Source: Rebecca billardiae RCC1528 (lineage: Eukaryota; Protista; Haptophyta). Taken from it: DNA of 64,000 nt. The notes beneath the pieces were generated by a model. It made no database searches, was not told where the DNA came from, and saw only the letters and a list, made by a program, of their open reading frames with translations. Positions 21,586 through 32,367 of this stretch are shown here, piece by piece (position 1 is the stretch's first letter; the number at the start of each line of letters is the position of its first letter). Both the position numbers and the translations under genes were made by a program. Location: assembly GCA_965240325.2 (NCBI GenBank), contig OZ251231.1, positions 1,178,001 to 1,242,000 of the forward strand. The letters are read 5' to 3'.

Positions 21586-24500
21586 TTAGGTGTCGTCACC
21601 ACCGCCGGCTTCGGAACTTGTGTCAGCTTCGCCGTCCGCGCGGGCGCCGGCGGCGCCCGCGACACCGTGGCCACCACCGCGCGAGATGTCGCCTGAGCTG
21701 CCGTTGCGATCGCGCGCAGGCAGCGCCGCAGCCTTGGCGGCGTTGGCAGCGCGGCTGCCCCCGCCCAGATTCCTGAGCGCGGTCACGAAGAGCGACGCGA
21801 AAAAGGCGCCAAACGCGCTGTCGCCCTCGGCCTCGAGCGCCAGCCGCGCGGCGCGCGCCGCCGCGTCCTCCTCCCGCTCCCCGTTGCGCTCGCTCGCCGC
21901 CAGCTCGGACGCGCGCTCGATCGCGGGGAGGTACTCGCGGATCGTCCGGTTGAACGGGCCGACGCCCGCGAGCTCGATCACGTCCGTCAGCCGCTTCTCG
22001 ACGGTCTTGCCCTCGTGCTGCGCGTACAGCACGTGGAACGCGTCGAACGCCGAGACGGTCGCGCGCGCCGCGCCCTCGGACGCGCCGCCGACGATCACCG
22101 CCTCCGCCTCCTGCAGCCGTGAGCCGAGCATCCGCCACGCGTACAATTCGACGACCGGCCAGAGCTGCTGCACGAGGGAGGCGCTGCCGAGGACGAGGAG
22201 CCGGCTGCACCGGCCCAGGTACACGAGCTCGTGCGCGAGCTGCTCGGTGGGCAGCAGCGAGTGGTCCTGCGACAGCCCGTCCAGCCAGACGACCGGGCGG
22301 CGGCCATGCTGAACCTCGAACGCGCGCGCCCACTCGCCGAGCGCCGCGACGCGCGCGTCGCGCGGGTCGCGGTGGCAGTGGACAACAAACGCGTCCGCGC
22401 GCGGCGCGTGGCTGAGGAGGTCGGCCTCGTCCGCGCCCTCCGTGCTGGCGGCGGCGGGCGCGCGCGAGAACGCTTCGGAGCGGTGCCGAGCCTGCAGCCG
22501 CGCGCGCGCGGCGATCAGCCTACTGGCCGTCGAGCTCTCCTGCTGCCGCTGCTCCGACGACGACAAGAGCACGGCGCCGCGCGGCGCGTGCGTCGCCGAC
22601 CAGGAAGGCGGGTGCATCAGCCCAGACGAGACGGTGCGCACGCGCCGCGTGTCCGAGAGCGAGAAGGGCATCGCGCCGCTCGCGAGCAGCCCGAGCGCCA
22701 CGTCGTCGAGGGCCACGGGGAGGAAGGACATGGCCGCCTCCAGAACGAGCGCGCGCGGCTCGACTTCGCCTGACACGACGCCGTAGCCCAGCAGGGGCGC
22801 GAGCGAGGCCTCGGGGCCGCCCGAGCGGAGCGCGCGCGCGAGCACCGCCTGCGCCTGCTCGCGCGAGCGGGTGCGCACCACCGCCGGGCCGATCAGCAGC
22901 CCCACCGCCACGCTGCACGCGACCACCACGAACAGCCCAAGGGGCCTCTGCGCCGCCATCCCCGACTCGAGCGTCCACACCAGAATGTTCAAGTCCAGTA
23001 GCGCGCTCAGGAGGATGTAGAGACCAGCGGCTACCCACGTGGCGCGCAGCAGCACGCGCGCGCTGTGCCAGTGCCGCACGATCGCGACGAGCAGCGCCGA
23101 CCACAGCCCGATGTTCTGCAGCACGCGCACCGCGTAGTGCGCGGTCCACACGCCCCGGTAGAAGCGCCCGTCGCGCTTCGGGTCCGCTTCTGAGAAGGTG
23201 TCTTGGTAGCCCTCGTCGCCCGCCACCGCGGCCAGGTTGTCTACGTGAGGAAGGCTGACGATCCAGCAGAGCAGGATCGGCGCGAGCGCGACCATGCGGA
23301 TGCGGACGATCTGCGAGTCCGTCGGCACGAGCGAGAGCAGCATGCAGACGACTGAGGCCTGCCGCCACGCGCGCGCCGGGACGGGGCGGCCAGTCGGAGG
23401 CGCGGAGGGCGGGCGTTCGCGTGGTGCGTTGTCAGCGTGAGCGGCGGGGCGGGGCGGAGCGCGGGGCGCACGCGAGCGCGCGGGCCCGTCGGCTCGCGCA
23501 CCTGCCCGCCCAGCAGGTACACGTGCGTGCGGATCGCGTAGCCGTCGTACATGTCGTAGATCACAGAAGCAGACACGCCGGGGTTCACAGCGAGCAGGGC
23601 GCTTGTCTCGAGTGCGTAGCTCGCGCTGCAAGCGACGAGCACGATGATGCCTGCGGTGAGCGTGGCCAGGGCGATGGACATCTGCCGCCGGCGCGCGCCG
23701 CCCAGCGCCGCGTCGAAGCGCGCGCACAGCTCGTCGTACCCCATCGCGCACGCGTGCAGCTCGCTCGAGCCCGGCCGGACCGGCTCCAGCAGCCGCTCGC
23801 GCACCGGCGGCCGCGCCGCGGCCGCGGCGGGGCTGTCGAGCGGAAGATCTCGCCAGCGGCGCGTGTGCCCGCGCGGCGGCGCGGCCGCGTGCGCGGCCGA
23901 GCGCGGGGCGGCGTCGTCTGCTGCGCCGCGCGCGGAGCCGTCGGCGCCCCCGCGCGCGCCCGCCTGCTGCCAACTCGCGCCCGATGCTGTCGGCGCGCGC
24001 GCGGCCGCGCCAACGCAGGGCGCCAGCAGTCGAGTCCCAAGCCCGGCCGCGCGCGGCCGCGCGCTCAGCGGCCCGCCGTCTCCGCTCGCCGCGCGCGTCG
24101 CGTTCACGACGTCGTGGTACACGTCCCTGAGCAGGTTGAGCACGTGGTTCACGTCGATCATGTGCGCCGCGTCGAGGAAGAGCCAGTGCGTCGTGCCGCC
24201 GCCCGGCGCCTCGTCCGGCGCGCGGCGCGGGAACCTCCGCGCGTGCGCTCGCAGCGCCGACGCATCGGCGGTCGGTTCCACCGCTCTCGCTGCCGAGGCG
24301 AACACCGAGAAATGGTGCGCTGTCTCCGGCAGCACGGTCATCAGCGCGAGGACTGCAGGGGCGTGCGCGCGCGCGGGCGGCGCGCGCGGCGTGGGCGTGC
24401 GTGAGCGCGCGGGCGCGAGCCGCGCCCAGGCCATGACGGCGCGGCGCGCGGCCGGTGCCCCCGTGCGCGCTCGCGCGGCGCAGCGCTCAGCGCGCGCAGA

Positions 24501-26075
24501 CGGGCCTGGCCTGTCGTGTGTTGGGCGCGCGGAGCTGGGCGCGCACCGTCGTACGGCTTGACGAAGCTGCGCGCCGCGCGCCGCGCACGCGCGCCGTGGC
24601 GGGAGGGCGGGTGCGCGCGCGTGTCACACTGCAAGCTCGCCGGGCCCCGCGCCCAGCACGCGCGCACGCGCGCGCGCGCGCTGCGTGCACCCATTCAGAT
24701 ATTCTACAATGTCGGCCGTCGGGCCGAGCCTGCCGAGCCGCCTCGCCTTGAACTCGGCGGGCCCGACGCCGCAGAACGTCTCGAAGTACCACTGCTTCGT
24801 GCAGCGCGCGGGCAGCTTGCCGCCGCACAGCTTCTTCCACAGCCCCTCCAGCCCGAGGAACTGCGCATCTGAGAGATAGCGCATCACAGGGCAGTCGGTG
24901 CGCTCGGCGAACGATCGCGCGAGCTGCATCGGCAGCAGCGGCACCGCGTGGCGCGAGACGACCTGCAGCTGCAAGCCGCGGCTGAGGCACGTGTGGTACA
25001 CGTACGCGGCCGCTTCCATGTCGAACTGCGTGCGTGGCGCGGCGGCGCATCAGCGTGGCGCGGCGGCGCAGCGTGGCGCGGCGGAGCATCAGCGCGGCGC
25101 GGCGGCGCAGCGCGGGGCAGCGGGCGCGGGCCCCGTGCACAGGAGGAATGGGCGCGACCATTCTTGTGTAGGAAAACAGGTCTCAGCGAGCCTCCGCGCG
25201 CACGCCCACACAGGCGCGCGCCGGGGCGCGGCACGCGTGCACAGGTGCACGGGCTGCATCGCTGCACGCGCGCACGCGCACGCCAGCGCGCCCGGCCGTG
25301 GCGCAATGCCGCAGCGGCAGCCATCGTCCCGCCTCACCGTGTTGTTCACGCTCGTGTCGGGCACCCAGCCGAAGGGCGCGCTCGGGTCGGGCGCGAGGCC
25401 GCCCTGCACCGAGACGGCGCGCACGCGCGAGAAGGCCAGGTCCGGCCGCGCCTCCATCACGTCGGCCAGGTCCCGCAGCGAAGAGATGCACACGACGTAC
25501 ACGCTGCGCGCCGCGCTCGACTCGAGCGCGCGCACGAGCAGCGAGTGGCCGTGGTAGAGCTGCTCGTCGCGCACCGCGTCGTAGCCGGGGAGGCGGTACT
25601 CGTGCGGCTGGGGCGTGTACACCTGCGACCCCTCCGAGCCAATGCCCACCGGCACGTCCGTGACGCCCACGTGGTTGAGCAGGCATTGCGCGAGCCGTGC
25701 GCGCGCAAGCGCTTGCTTCCCGCCGTTGGCCACCACGGCCTTTAGGAGTAGCCGGCGGCGGCGGTGGAGCATGGCGGCCACGAGGATCGCCTGCAGACGG
25801 GGGGTGCGCGGGCGCGGCGGCGCAGATGAGCAATGGGTCCGTGCTCGCCGCGGGCCAACCCCGGCCCACGGCGGGCTCGCCGCGCTCGCCGTGGCGACGG
25901 CACATCGCGGCACCTTGACATCGTCGGGGTCTGGCCCTGGATCCGTGATGAGGATGAGCGATCTACGCTTGCGCTCCGCGATCGGGTTGAGCCATCCTCG
26001 CGAGGATAGCGCCTCGCTGATCTGCGAGCGGTGCGAGCCCGAGTCCCGTCGAGCCTCTCCCGCACCCGGCGCCAT
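21586..26075 (-). CDS. Nucleoside hydrolase (IU-NH)-like + multi-TM + TIR-like fusion, ~1197 aa; exons 26075-25914, 25790-25338, 25025-24691, 24566-24547, 24352-23502, 23358-21586
   Basis: ILITDPGPDPDD (NH aspartate cluster), VPVGIG, NNTFD and PYDVLAL, the last built across a 20-bp micro-exon. About 5-6 hydrophobic segments follow, then ADAFVVHCH...VVWLD...YLGRCSRLLVL...LWPVVELY (TIR-like). All five introns are GT-AG and phase-consistent; exon total 3594 nt. Confidence 0.8.
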
Positions 26076-26193
26076 TATTTGGCACGGTGCCCAGCTTTGA
26101 AGCCGCCTCGACGGGTTCGAAGACCGGGCACGCCTTTTTACAACCGTTCGCGTCCCAAGCAGGAGTCTCAACACTGACAATGGTGATCCATGG

Positions 26194-27891
26194 TCATACA
26201 CTAGCCATGCCGTGCGCGGCGCGTCGGCTCCCAGGCGCTCGGGGCCCGCTCCGGCTCCCGCGACAGACGCAGTGCGTGCGCGTGCTCAGCTGGCACACGC
26301 CCAGCGCGTACAGCGCTCCCAGTGCCAGCAGGAAGGCGGCGCTGCCCGGCCCGCTCGCGAGCGCGGGCTCGACTCCGCGCGTCACGGCAGGGTGAAGGCG
26401 AGCACCGCGCTCCGCCTGCAGCCCGGTGATGGTGCCGGCTGCCGCGCCCGCGCCCGGCTGGTCTTGCCACAGGGCACGCTCGCGCGCGCGGTCGGCTCCC
26501 ACGTAGCGGGCCCAGCGCACCCTGTCTGTGCGCGCGCCGCCGCCGGCGTCCGCCTCCGCGTCCGCTCTCGGCCAGCCGCCCTCGTCCGCTCCCTCCTCGC
26601 CCTCGTCGTCCTCCTCGTCGTACTCCCACGCCGCGCCGTCTCTCCCAGAGTCCTCCCACAGCACCGGCAGCTCGGCCACAACGGCCGCGCCGGCGGACTG
26701 CTGCTGGCTCGTCGCCCGAGCAGTGGCGCTGAGTGGCGGGAGGGCAAGTGGCATCCAAACCAGCTCGCACACGCCCTCGCCGCCGCCGGGGCAGCGGCCC
26801 TCACGCAGGTTGGTCTCCCAGAGAAGGCCGACTTCGGCGGAGCGGTTGCCCACCGCCGGCGGCGGGATCGCGAAGAGCGACGAGTAGCCGAACGTGCGCG
26901 CCCTGTGCGACACACGTGCGAGCGGCTGCCATGACGCGCCATCGTCGGCCGACGCCATGATCAGCCCGCCGACGCGGCCGAGCCGGTTCGCCGCGCCGCG
27001 GTTCACATTTCCCGGGTTGGAGAAGAGCAGCGGGCCGGTCGGGCGGAGGCGGACGAGGGAAGCTGAGCACGCCGGCTCGAGCAGCGCGGGCTCGCGCCGC
27101 AGCGGGCCGAACGTCGCGCCCCCGTCCGTCGACTCCGCGAGCGCGCGGCACTCGCACCGATGCTTGTGCTCCTTCGTGCGCATGGACGCGAGCACTCGGC
27201 CATCGCTCAGCTCGGTGAGCGTGCCTTCGTCCACGCCCGGGCCGAAGCGGAGGAGCCTGCCCGTGCGCGCGTCGCGCGAGGGCGTGTACGTGCGCCCGCC
27301 GTCGTCGGAGAACCACACGACGTCGTACGAGTAGGCTGGCTGCTGATGCCCAATCCACAGGAGCCGGTGCGGGGCGGCCGCGTGCCGCGCGCTCAGCGCG
27401 AGCCCCGGCGAGGGCCCGACGAATGTGGGCAGCTTGAAGAGTCGCGGGAAGTCGACGGGCGTCGACCACGAGGCGCCCAGGTCGATGGACGCCACCTGCG
27501 CATTCATGTACCGCTTCGCCTCGAGCTGCCAGTTGAACTGCAGCAGCAGGCGGCGAGAGCTGACGTCGTAGACCGGTGAGGGCTGAGACGCGCACTCGGC
27601 GACGAGGCGCACCGGGCCCCACGTGCGCCCGCCGTCGTCAGAGATCTTGAGCACAATGTCCGTCGTGAGCGCACACGCCTGGTCCCCAGGCTTCTCGTCG
27701 CTGCGCGCCCCAGCGCCGCTCGCTGAGACCTCGCAGAAGTCCCCTCCCCACTGCCTCGCCTCAGCGAACGCGAGCACCCTGCGCGATGCGGTGATGACGA
27801 CGGGGATGCGAAAGCACGGGTACGTCTTGCGCCAGCCATCGCCGGCGTCAGCCCTCTCGTTGGGCTCGAAGACGATCTCAGGCACGCCCAT
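26194..27891 (-). CDS. Sialidase/neuraminidase-like (GH33) with C-terminal TM anchor
   Basis: FRIP motif, AFAEAR, Asp-boxes SDDGGRTW, SIDLGASW, SDDGGRTY, STDGGATF and ADDGASW, GYSSL, hydrophobic tail. Confidence 0.9.
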   Translation of the reverse strand: MGVPEIVFEPNERADAGDGWRKTYPCFRIPVVITASRRVLAFAEARQWGGDFCEVSASGAGARSDEKPGDQACALTTDIVLKISDDGGRTWGPVRLVAECASQPSPVYDVSSRRLLLQFNWQLEAKRYMNAQVASIDLGASWSTPVDFPRLFKLPTFVGPSPGLALSARHAAAPHRLLWIGHQQPAYSYDVVWFSDDGGRTYTPSRDARTGRLLRFGPGVDEGTLTELSDGRVLASMRTKEHKHRCECRALAESTDGGATFGPLRREPALLEPACSASLVRLRPTGPLLFSNPGNVNRGAANRLGRVGGLIMASADDGASWQPLARVSHRARTFGYSSLFAIPPPAVGNRSAEVGLLWETNLREGRCPGGGEGVCELVWMPLALPPLSATARATSQQQSAGAAVVAELPVLWEDSGRDGAAWEYDEEDDEGEEGADEGGWPRADAEADAGGGARTDRVRWARYVGADRARERALWQDQPGAGAAAGTITGLQAERGARLHPAVTRGVEPALASGPGSAAFLLALGALYALGVCQLSTRTHCVCRGSRSGPRAPGSRRAAHGMASV

Positions 27892-28079
27892 GTCGGCGTG
27901 CCTCCCCGTGAGCTTGTGCCTTTAAATCCCCACTCCCTCCCGTTGTCACGCTTCCGCCATCGTGCGCGATGGCCGTGGAGCGTGGGAGCTCCTGACCAGG
28001 CCCGGCACGCCGGCCGAGCAACGGCCGCTGCACGCTTGGATCGGCGAGACCCATTTCGACTCGCCGCGCCGCCACGGTG

Positions 28080-28865
28080 ATGGTCGAGCGCGAGAATGTG
28101 GCGCCCGAGCGCCAGGCAGTCCGCATCCTGGACACGGACTTCAGACGGTGTCGCCCCACACCGATGCTCCTCGGCGGCGATTCAGATCTCGGGCCACGTG
28201 GCGCGTTAGCGATCGCAGATGAGATGGTGATCATGTGGAGCGACCGCGCCGGCAACGGCATGCTCCTCTCTGAGGGCGAGGAGGCACGCGCGGTGTGGGA
28301 GGATGTGGCGTGTGCGTACCCACGCGCGCGACTTGCGGTGATCTTCGAGAGCCTGCAGCCTCAGCTGCGCCCTGCTGCGAGCGAGTTTGGGGCTCGCACG
28401 CTCTGCGCTGACGGCGGCGGCGTGGCTGTCCTGCAGGCGAGCGGGAGGAGCGAGACGCTGCGCATGGTCGAACGGCTGGCCAGCTCGGCTCAGAGTGGGC
28501 ATACAGACGATAAGACGTACCTGCAGAGCTGCGTGCTCGCCAAGCCCTCGGGCGGCATCCCCTACCCCGAGGGCGACGCGCGCGCGCCATGGCTGCTCAT
28601 GCTGCTGCAGGTCCCGGGCGTATCCATGGACATCGCCTCGGCGGTGGTCGAGCGCTATCCATCCTGGTTCGCGCTCATGCGTGCGTATCGTGCGCTCGAG
28701 GGGAACCCGCCCGCGGCCGCGGCGCACAAGGCACAGGCGAGCCTCCTCGCGGATATCCCTCGGGCGGCACGCGATGTGGGCAAGCAGATGCGCATTGGGC
28801 CGGCCGCGTCTGCGCGCATCCACAGCGTGTTCACCACCAGAGACCCGCAGCTAGCGCTGTCCTAG
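28080..28865 (+). CDS. EME1/ERCC4-family crossover junction endonuclease subunit-like
   Basis: C-terminal WLLMLLQVPGVS..IASAVVERYPS...LLADI...RIGPAASARIHSVFTTRDP tandem HhH pattern typical of EME1. Confidence 0.7.
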   Translation: MVERENVAPERQAVRILDTDFRRCRPTPMLLGGDSDLGPRGALAIADEMVIMWSDRAGNGMLLSEGEEARAVWEDVACAYPRARLAVIFESLQPQLRPAASEFGARTLCADGGGVAVLQASGRSETLRMVERLASSAQSGHTDDKTYLQSCVLAKPSGGIPYPEGDARAPWLLMLLQVPGVSMDIASAVVERYPSWFALMRAYRALEGNPPAAAAHKAQASLLADIPRAARDVGKQMRIGPAASARIHSVFTTRDPQLALS

Positions 28866-29169
28866 CGTCGTGAAGAGGATGGGCAGTGGTGACCGGCCGG
28901 CGGACGATGTGCGAGGCTTGGAGTGCATCTGCCGCCCCTTTGGCAATGGCCAGTCCGGCTGCTGAAGCGTGCCGCGCATGCATGGGGGCGGCATAGTATG
29001 GCCGCGCGGGGCCGGCCGCGCGGGCGGCTGGCGGCCCGGCCCCGGGCCTCGGCCTTACAAGTGCCTTACTTGTGATCTCGTCACGCGCTGGCGCCGAGGC
29101 TGCGCGGTGTCACGCTAGCGCTGAGCCGCCAGCACGACAGCAATGCATACTACGCAGAAAACTACTTAT

Positions 29170-31156
29170 TCACTGAGACTGAGGAGTATAGATGATAGGC
29201 TTCAGAGCGAGGGACAGGTTCCATCGCGCCTCTGGAGCGTGTGGTCCTGCGGCGCGCTCTGAAACTGCGCTGTCTGATGACACTGTCAGACCGCCAGCGG
29301 GCGCCTCGAGCATGCCTGGGCGGCCGCACAGCAGCAGTGCTGATTCGCGCCGGCCGCCTTGCGCCTCGACGACAAAGAGCGCTGACGCGTGCGCCACGCG
29401 CGCCCCCGGCGGCGCGCACGCTCTGCGCTCGGTCGCCCACGCCAAGCTCCGCGCGCAGTCGGCGTAGACGTGTGGCGCGTGATCGTCCAGCGCAGCGGGC
29501 ACGGCCGAGAGCGGCGCGGAGCGCCCAGGGCAGAGTGGCGAGCGCTGCCGGAGGACGACGTCGGGCGGATCCCCCGCAAAGTGCACGGTGCACGTGCGCA
29601 AGTCGTACCGGGCCGCGCCCGGCTCGTACCACGCCTCGTAGAACCGGCCAAACTCCCAGGGGATGTGCACGAACGTGTCGGGACAGTAGGAGAGCGCGGT
29701 CGGGTAGGCACCGGGAGAGACGTAGCTCAGCGTGACCGAGCGGCGGATGGGCTGCACCGTGGCCGCGCGGCGGGGCGGTCGGGGCGCGCCGAGCTGGATC
29801 TGGGCGCGCAGCGCGCCGAAGAGGCTCATGTCGAGCCCAAGCACCTCCCTCGGCAGCATGTGGATAAATGTGACGCGCTGGCAGACCGAGGGCGGGCGCG
29901 GTGCAAGGGCCGGCGCCGCGCGCGGGTTGGGCGCAGGGTGAGGCGCGCGGCGAGAGCAGGAGCGAGCAGGCGCGTGGGCACACGCCGTGTGCGCATGGGC
30001 AGCCGCGTGGCACGCCGCGCACGCCACACGGCGGGCTGGTGCAGACGCACGGCCCGCGCGCTCGCGCACAAACGGAGCCGTGCCCGCGCGCGCCGCCGCG
30101 CCCATCCGCCGTGCTCACAAGGGGAGCGCTCACCATGTTGGGGTCCACCAGGAAGGCACGGCCGGACCGATCGACATGGAAGTCGAGCTGCAGGCTGCCG
30201 GTGTATCCGAGCGCGGCGACGACCGCCGCGACCTGCCGCGTCATCTCGGGCATGTTCACCGCGCGCATCACCAACGCCGCGCCAGTCGGCCCCCTGCTCA
30301 CCAGGTCGAGGTAAGAGAAGCCTGCCAGCAGCTGCCCGTCCACGGCCGTGGCCGCAAACTCGGCGTGCACGCCGTCGATGAACTGCTCGAGCATGACAGT
30401 CGTGCCCTTGCGGGCGGCCGCCTTCAGGCCTCGCACGAGATCGCTGCGCGCGTAGCAGATCGTGATGCCCCAGCCGTCCCCGTCCACGTCGCTCTTCATC
30501 ACGAGCGGCAGGCGCCGCTCGAGCGCAAGCAGCCGGGCCGCGCCGGTGGCGTTGCCGGCGGCGACCACCTGGTGGGGGTCGCCGATCTGCTGGTGCCACG
30601 GTGTCCGCACACCGTCGACCGACGAGAGCGCGGACATGAGCTTGAGCTTGTCGTTGTACACATCCCAGGCCTCACGCCGCCGAGGCAGCGAGCAGCGCAT
30701 GACGCTGAGCGTCGAGCGCAAGTCAGGCCGCAGCGGTGCTCGCAGGCTCGCCCGCTCCAGTCTGCGCGCCGCGCTGACCATGAGCTTTGCCGACGCGCGA
30801 TAGTCAGGCACAACCAGTGCTGGGCGCCAGGCCGACACGGCTTTGATGAGCTCGTCCACCCTGTCGCCCGTGTCCGGCACAATCCGAGCGAATCGGACGA
30901 GCGGCGGCGCCCCAACGGACCATGTGCTGTTCTTGGGAGGCGGGCTGAGGACGCCGACCTCCCAGCCCGCGTGATGGAGGCCCGACATGAAGAGCGGGAC
31001 GTAACGGATGAACGACAGGCCCATCAGCAGGATGCGTGACCCGCCCGCAACGCGGGCGGCATGGCACTCATCAGCGTCAGCGTCGTCGAACACCATCGTT
31101 TCCTCACGTGTTGTCGTACGATTTTGCGCGATCCCACGCGATTTCCAATTCTCCAT
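29170..31156 (-). CDS. ATP-grasp domain protein; exons 31156-30134 and 29877-29170 (start uncertain)
   Basis: NDK, TPW, LPLVMK..GDGWGI, MLEQFIDG, GYTGSLQLDF...FLVDPNM|RV completed by a GT-AG intron. Confidence 0.75.
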
Positions 31157-31208
31157 GCAGTATCCGCCGCCGCCGGACGGCGGCGCCGATGCGTGTGTCG
31201 AGTCAAGT

Positions 31209-31835
31209 ATGGCGGACGCGGTGGCCATCCCGTCATGTGGTGTTGAGCATGTGCACAAGACACGCGATCATCCAGGCTACATCACACCTCCCGTGCTGCG
31301 CTCCGTGTGTGCTTATCCCAAGCAAGAGGAGCTTGCACCGTTCGTGTCGATCCTCCACGTGGCTGGAGTGACACGTGTCACTTCCATTGGGGCAGGCGAG
31401 GGCTGGGTAGAGGGCTTGCTGGAGATGAGCGGTCTTGAGGTCACCTGTGTCGACATTGACGTGCACGCGCGCTTCCCAGAGCTTTACGACTCGTTTGCCA
31501 CGTACACCAGGCGTGGCGTAGTTGTCCGACTGCCCTACTCTTCCGCGGTGTACGCTCCTACTACGTCTGATCCCAGATCTGCACTCCTTTTCGCTTTCGG
31601 CAAGCGTGTCCCGTTCGACTGGTACGCTGAGAATGCGTCCGCGCCTATCATCGCCGTCATTGGCGATCCCGCTCCCATCTCGGACGAGACATGCGTCACG
31701 CAGCCATCGGCGTACTGCCTGGCATCCTCACAGCACTGGCAAGTTGTACACGATGGGCCTTGTCGGGCAGTGATGGAGGTGCGCCTCGTAGTGTACGCCC
31801 GGCGGCAAGCTGACGTCCGACCGCCACTCATCTAA
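31209..31835 (+). CDS. SAM-dependent methyltransferase-like protein
   Basis: VTSIGAGEGW (motif I) followed by VTCVDID. Confidence 0.65.
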   Translation: MADAVAIPSCGVEHVHKTRDHPGYITPPVLRSVCAYPKQEELAPFVSILHVAGVTRVTSIGAGEGWVEGLLEMSGLEVTCVDIDVHARFPELYDSFATYTRRGVVVRLPYSSAVYAPTTSDPRSALLFAFGKRVPFDWYAENASAPIIAVIGDPAPISDETCVTQPSAYCLASSQHWQVVHDGPCRAVMEVRLVVYARRQADVRPPLI

Positions 31836-32367
31836 GCATAGTCTGCCAGATCGGACTGATTGGTGACGAGCAGCAGCAGAGCCTGATGAGCCGCCACCCA
31901 GCTTACCTGCGAAAGTATATTCTGATTAAATATTATTATACAGTTATCTAAATAATAATGATACAGTAGTAATAATATTATAATAATTTAATTAGTAAAG
32001 CTCAACCAGCTGCCCGTCACTGAGCTGGCCGGCTGATGTGATGATGGGGGCGCCCGCCCTGGCATCGGCCTGACAGGCTGACTGTCTCCGTGATGATCAC
32101 TTGGCGCACTACTAATAAGCTAGTCATCGTGGTGGTTGCCACGCGACGTTACCACTACCAGTGATGATGACAATCGCCCGCATCTGGACGTCGTGTTCTC
32201 AGTCTGAGACTTCACTCATCACTAATATATATATCATAGGATGAACCTGCGACAAAAACCGCCGCCTGCTGAGTGCTGTGCTGATGAGTGATGATGACGA
32301 TCGATATACGTCGTACTCCTCCGTCTCAATAAATTATATATATATGTGCTCTGATGACAACTGATGA

